DNA of 43,336 nucleotides from a virus (Duplodnaviria; Heunggongvirae; Uroviricota; Caudoviricetes): IMG/VR virus record IMGVR_UViG_2554235189_000011, positions 1 to 43,336 of that record; one strand, 5' to 3'. Shown piece by piece: positions 37,541 to 43,336 of this stretch (position 1 is its first letter; each line of letters starts with the position of its first letter). The notes under the pieces were generated by a model. It saw only the letters and a program-made list of their open reading frames with translations, ran no database searches and was not told where the DNA came from. The position numbers and the translations under genes were made by a program.

Positions 37541-38350
37541 TCAATGAACGGTAGCGAGCAGCTTTAATAGCTCAGGGAATCGGGATTCGAAAAAGTGCGG
37601 CTGCGTATCGCGCGGATTTGCGGGACTGGTGATGTTCTTGCCGAACATGCAGCCTTTCGCTGTTAGCGACCAGAATTTTTTGATGTTGTTAATCGCGGTA
37701 CGGCTGTATCGTTCGCGCTGTTCGACGATCCCCCGCTTCACCATCTGGTGATATGCCTGATTAGCCGTAAGGCGGATACCATACTGCTTCAGCAGTGCAC
37801 TCAATGATAGCGTAGGGCGGCTTGAGCCATCGAGTGCATCAGCAGGAGCATCAATGGCATAGCGCGGTGCCAGATTCGGTAAGCCAACAGCCTCCTGGAG
37901 TTTCTGACAGGCCCCAAGCACAGATGAGTTAGACAGGTTTAACTCCCGACGCATAAAGTCCAGCAGAATCACTCCAGCCTGCATCTTGTCAGCAGCCTGT
38001 CCGGATAATTTTTCCGGTGCGCTGGTTACCATGTCGAAAGTACGGATCACCTTCAGATGGAATGACGGGCTGATCCACATTGCATAGGCATACACCAGTT
38101 CCTTACAGACATACGTTCCCCGTTCATTTCCCCCATGAATCACACTCACCGGGTCAACACCCAAATTCTGGGTGTTGGTCAATTCATGAACAAGCTCAAC
38201 AGTTTGTTGGCTGGAAAGAAACTTTCCTGGCTCCTTGGTTCTGGCATTTGCACCAGATGCTACTGCTGCGCGATGCAGATCGTTCAGGCTGTAACGCCCA
38301 TAAGCATCACGACGAACTTCAATACCATCAATGACCATCAGATTATTCAT
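37541..38350 (-). CDS. KilA-N domain protein (antirepressor-like)
   Basis: 269 aa; N-terminal domain resembles KilA-N. Confidence 0.6.
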   Translation of the reverse strand: MNNLMVIDGIEVRRDAYGRYSLNDLHRAAVASGANARTKEPGKFLSSQQTVELVHELTNTQNLGVDPVSVIHGGNERGTYVCKELVYAYAMWISPSFHLKVIRTFDMVTSAPEKLSGQAADKMQAGVILLDFMRRELNLSNSSVLGACQKLQEAVGLPNLAPRYAIDAPADALDGSSRPTLSLSALLKQYGIRLTANQAYHQMVKRGIVEQRERYSRTAINNIKKFWSLTAKGCMFGKNITSPANPRDTQPHFFESRFPELLKLLATVH

Positions 38351-38369
38351 ACTTCGTTTCTCCTCTTAA

Positions 38370-38755
38370 TCAGGCAGCTGCACCCGCCGTTTTCTCGTAC
38401 TTACTGATAGTGATCTCGACCTTCGCTTCCGGGATAACCGGTCCCCACTCCACCAGCATTCTTTTCACCTGACTGTCGTCTTCCCACACCCCCGCGTGGG
38501 TCAGGGCGTCAAACAGCGCCTTGTTATAGTTGTCCAGATCGCGGATCCTGTTATCCGGAGGAAACAACACGATCTCCACTGAAGCAGGTGCCGACGTTGG
38601 TTTCGGCAGACGACGTAACTGCTCAACTATTGCTGCGCACGCCGCGCTCTGGAATTTTCGCCCCGCCGCGCTTATCAGGCTCTTACCAGCAAACGCCCCT
38701 TTGTTGGGGTGTCGCCAGTACGTGTTCACGCTGGGCGGAAAAGGCAGGATCAGCT

Positions 38756-38759
<4 letters not shown>
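38370..38759 (-). CDS. rusA: RusA-family Holliday junction resolvase
   Basis: 129 aa; ...FPPSVNTYWRH...DLDNYNKALFDALTHAGVWEDDSQV... matches RusA hallmarks. Confidence 0.8.
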
Positions 38760-40611
<1,852 letters not shown>

Positions 40612-40619
40612 CCACTACA

Positions 40620-41060
40620 GTGTGAATTACCACCCTTAATTGTCGTTCCATTGCTGATACCACCTGTATAAACGTCCTGATTGCCACTGTCGATTATCGT
40701 ACCGGCGGAAATGCCCCCGTCATGAATTGTCTGTCTTCCTCCGTTAATGGTTGTATTATTAGCCTGCCCCACAAAATTGTTATGACTTCCTACATCTTGA
40801 TATCCACCCGATTCAATAAGACTTCCATTAGATACCCCGCCATGAACATTCTGCTGGCCATGGTTGATAATATGAGTGTTATTTGTTGTACCTCGTTCAT
40901 CTACTCTTTGGCTGCCATCTACAGTCTCATCGTTTACCACACCAATAACATCAGGAGTGAAGGCCGTCATCCCAGGCGGGGCATATATCAAGGCAGATAT
41001 CAATAAGGAAAGTACTGAGCGGCGACAATAATGGGGACTGGTCCTGTTCATAAATTTCAT
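40620..41060 (-). pseudogene. 5' fragment of an autotransporter adhesin gene (AIDA/Ag43-like), truncated by the IS
   Basis: Signal peptide MKFMNRTSPHYCRRSVLSLLISALIYAPPGMTA then repeats (GGVSNGSLIESGGYQDV...GGISNGTTIKGG); frame runs straight into the IS end. Confidence 0.6.
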
Positions 41061-41454
41061 CCTCTGAAAAGTGAATACTGAGTAGCGTTTAAGCGACCTT
41101 AGCTCTGCTGCAACATCAGCCCACAGGCACCAGACCAGGGGATTCATCCTGAAGAGACAGCGCAAGTGTATTGTGTTCACCGCTCATCAAAGACATCATG
41201 ATGAAATGATGATATTCCACATAAGAAAGAAGCATTTTTTAAACGCAGTGCGCTGAAGTATGGTTGGATAAAAAAGTCAATCTATTCAGGGAATACGGGG
41301 GTATTCTTTTCTTTCGACAATCAGGCCGTCGGCAAAATAAAATGATTTACATAATCGTTTCTGATGAATATCTTCTGCTCACATAAAAATAACACAATAA
41401 CTTTGAGATCGCAGATTCTTTTACTTTTACAGCATTCGTCCCCCCATTGTTGGG

Positions 41455-41640
41455 CAAATATAGATTGGGCCAGAGCACGAAAGTTAATACCACGTTTGCA
41501 CAGCTCCTCCAACAGCACGACAAGATGCCACATACTGCGCCCCAGTCGGTTCGGTTTACAGACTACCCGTGCGTCCACCGCCGATAATGTCCTGAGCAGT
41601 TTTTTCAGTCCGGACCTCCTGCCACGGTTTTACGTTGAAG
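41455..41640 (-). pseudogene. serine recombinase remnant homologous to the pin gene at 11896-12450
   Basis: Minus-strand ...KKLLRTLSAVDARVVCKPNRLGRSMWHLVVLLEELCKRGINFRAL...; N- and C-terminal parts absent. Confidence 0.65.
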
Positions 41641-41963
41641 AGGTAACCCTGAGCACGCAGTTCATCAGTCAGGCGTGGTGTACCGTAACCCTATTATTGA
41701 TGGGTAAGATCAAAAAAACTTTCAGGCAGCTAAGGAAAGTTGAACCAGACATTAGAATAAATATTTCAACCAATTACAGCACCAATTCAGACACCGCCAG
41801 CTCAACAAATAAATCAAGGGGTTACGTGAAAGCGTAGCCCATTTTTCTTTGGTAGTGGCAGCAAAATGGTTGTAGTGTAAAAAATAATCCCGTTTAATCA
41901 ATCAATAATACATATTGTTTCAATCTACGTTATTATCTCTTTGTAAAAATAGCCATTTATTAA

Positions 41964-42707
41964 TCATTGAAAACTGCTTTTAGAACTTGATACAACGGGA
42001 CTAGTCACAACAGGACTATTCTCAACGGGATCATCCTCAGAGTAACTATCATCAAAGTCATCATCCATAAATAAAATATCATCGAATGGTGCCACGCCCG
42101 TGATGAGTTTTATTTTATTATTACGATCAGTCAAGACTCCACTTAAACCGTTTTCGCTCACAGGTTTTAATGATTTTTCATTACTCTTGTTGTAAGCAGG
42201 CGCATTAAAAATACACGGAGTATCAAGATCAAACAATGACGTTCCCCAGTTCACATATTGAATATCATAGTTACTGAAGTTCTGTCCAGAAAAGAAGCAT
42301 CCCTTAAAATCCAATCCACCTAAATTATATAAACCATCCTCTTCTTTTTGGAGAGTAATGTTAATTTTGGCTATCTCCCGGACATCATCGCCATTTTTAT
42401 ATTTGAATACCGTTTCAAGATGTTCCCCACACAGTTTGACTTCTGGAAATAATTTGAAATCAAAGCCTATATTATTATGTATCAACGTAGATGAACAAAA
42501 GATGGAGAAAGCTTGCAGTGCTGAATTATAGCTTTCGATTTTATCCTGAGGCTGCGCTCTTGGTAAAAACTCATAGCAACATTCATAAAAATTAAGTAGA
42601 AACTCTGAAGACCTTCCATTTTTATCAAATAATATCCCCTTGAACTCATTCACAAACGCATCTTTTTTTTCTTGAATATCTATGGGGTGTTCCTTTGACT
42701 CTGACAA
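41964..42707 (-). CDS. hypothetical AT-rich protein, acidic/Ser-Pro-rich C-terminus; possibly 3' part of a disrupted gene
   Basis: 247-aa ORF, very low GC; loosely repeat-like middle. Confidence 0.5.
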   Translation of the reverse strand: MSESKEHPIDIQEKKDAFVNEFKGILFDKNGRSSEFLLNFYECCYEFLPRAQPQDKIESYNSALQAFSIFCSSTLIHNNIGFDFKLFPEVKLCGEHLETVFKYKNGDDVREIAKINITLQKEEDGLYNLGGLDFKGCFFSGQNFSNYDIQYVNWGTSLFDLDTPCIFNAPAYNKSNEKSLKPVSENGLSGVLTDRNNKIKLITGVAPFDDILFMDDDFDDSYSEDDPVENSPVVTSPVVSSSKSSFQ

Positions 42708-42874
42708 AGATGAAATCTCATCTATTTTTTTTCATATGAATTACGTGATTCCATACAGACATTTGGCGGCGTTTCTAAAATAACACTACGCGTACTACTT
42801 GGCTTAAGTAAACCAACATGAAAATCACTTTTTCTTATATTATCGAAAAGGTTCTGTTCATTTCTTTTAGCGCA

Positions 42875-43336
42875 TTAAAAAAACTGATCGGCATTATTTT
42901 TATTCGATAATTTTTTAGTTTCAGAAAACACATTTTCATTGTTTTCCAGCTTTAGTTTAATGAGAAGATTTTCCCAGACCTGCTTGCTTAAACATATTAC
43001 GTCAGGCTCACCAGAACTAACTAACTCGTGATTATTATTAAAGTGTACGTTGAATACCTTTAAGTTATTTTCACCAACTTCATATTTAATACGTTTTAAT
43101 TGTTCTCCAGCTCCCATAATGACAAAGGCGTTGCCTTCTTGATATATACATTCAGACATCATTTTTTGTAAAGTTTCAAGAGCACCGCGATACGTCTCTG
43201 ATGCAGCTTCCTTACAAATTAATTTTAAAATACTATGAGCTAGTAGCTCCATGTGTTTAGAAGATTTATTTTCATTATAACTTCCACTACCCAAAAATGC
43301 GCTAGCGTTAAATCCGTTGCTTTTACTAACTAACAT
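42875..43336 (-). CDS. hypothetical AT-rich protein; ATG at last bases of window
   Basis: 153-aa ORF; start at window edge so upstream extension cannot be excluded. Confidence 0.45.
   Translation of the reverse strand: MLVSKSNGFNASAFLGSGSYNENKSSKHMELLAHSILKLICKEAASETYRGALETLQKMMSECIYQEGNAFVIMGAGEQLKRIKYEVGENNLKVFNVHFNNNHELVSSGEPDVICLSKQVWENLLIKLKLENNENVFSETKKLSNKNNADQFF

Overview
The window is a mosaic, IS-decayed lambdoid prophage region (E. coli-type). (1) 1-348: end of an IS629-like IS3-family element. (2) 399-8231 (+ strand): a lambda-like early-left (pL) operon, ea10-cIII-kil-gam-bet-exo, small lambda-like orfs, a TraR-like zinc finger, DUF551, xis and int. (3) 8273-9393: a two-gene minus-strand cargo operon between int and the attachment core. 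(4) 9722-9763: a ~42-nt copy of the ssrA (tmRNA) 3' end, interpreted as the att core. (5) 9973-11697: low-GC cargo genes. (6) 11896-39361 (minus strand): an e14/Mu-like late region: Pin invertase with an invertible tail-fiber segment, Mu-like baseplate/tail genes, HK97-like head genes, terminase, HNH, cos candidate, lysis cassette, Q antiterminator with pR'/tR', DUF968, KilA-N, RusA, LexA-like. (7) 39362-40619: an IS911-like IS3-family element joining a truncated phage gene to an autotransporter fragment. (8) 40620-43336: invertase remnant plus AT-rich genes. Several structural genes carry frameshifts (tape measure, HNH, gam N-terminus), so the prophage is probably defective. The best candidates for an undescribed system are the low-GC islands at recognised moron hotspots, above all the int-att operon (8273-9393) and the att-pin island (9973-11697); none could be assigned a function from sequence alone. 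All product calls rest on reading the translations and on recalled family sequences, not on database searches.
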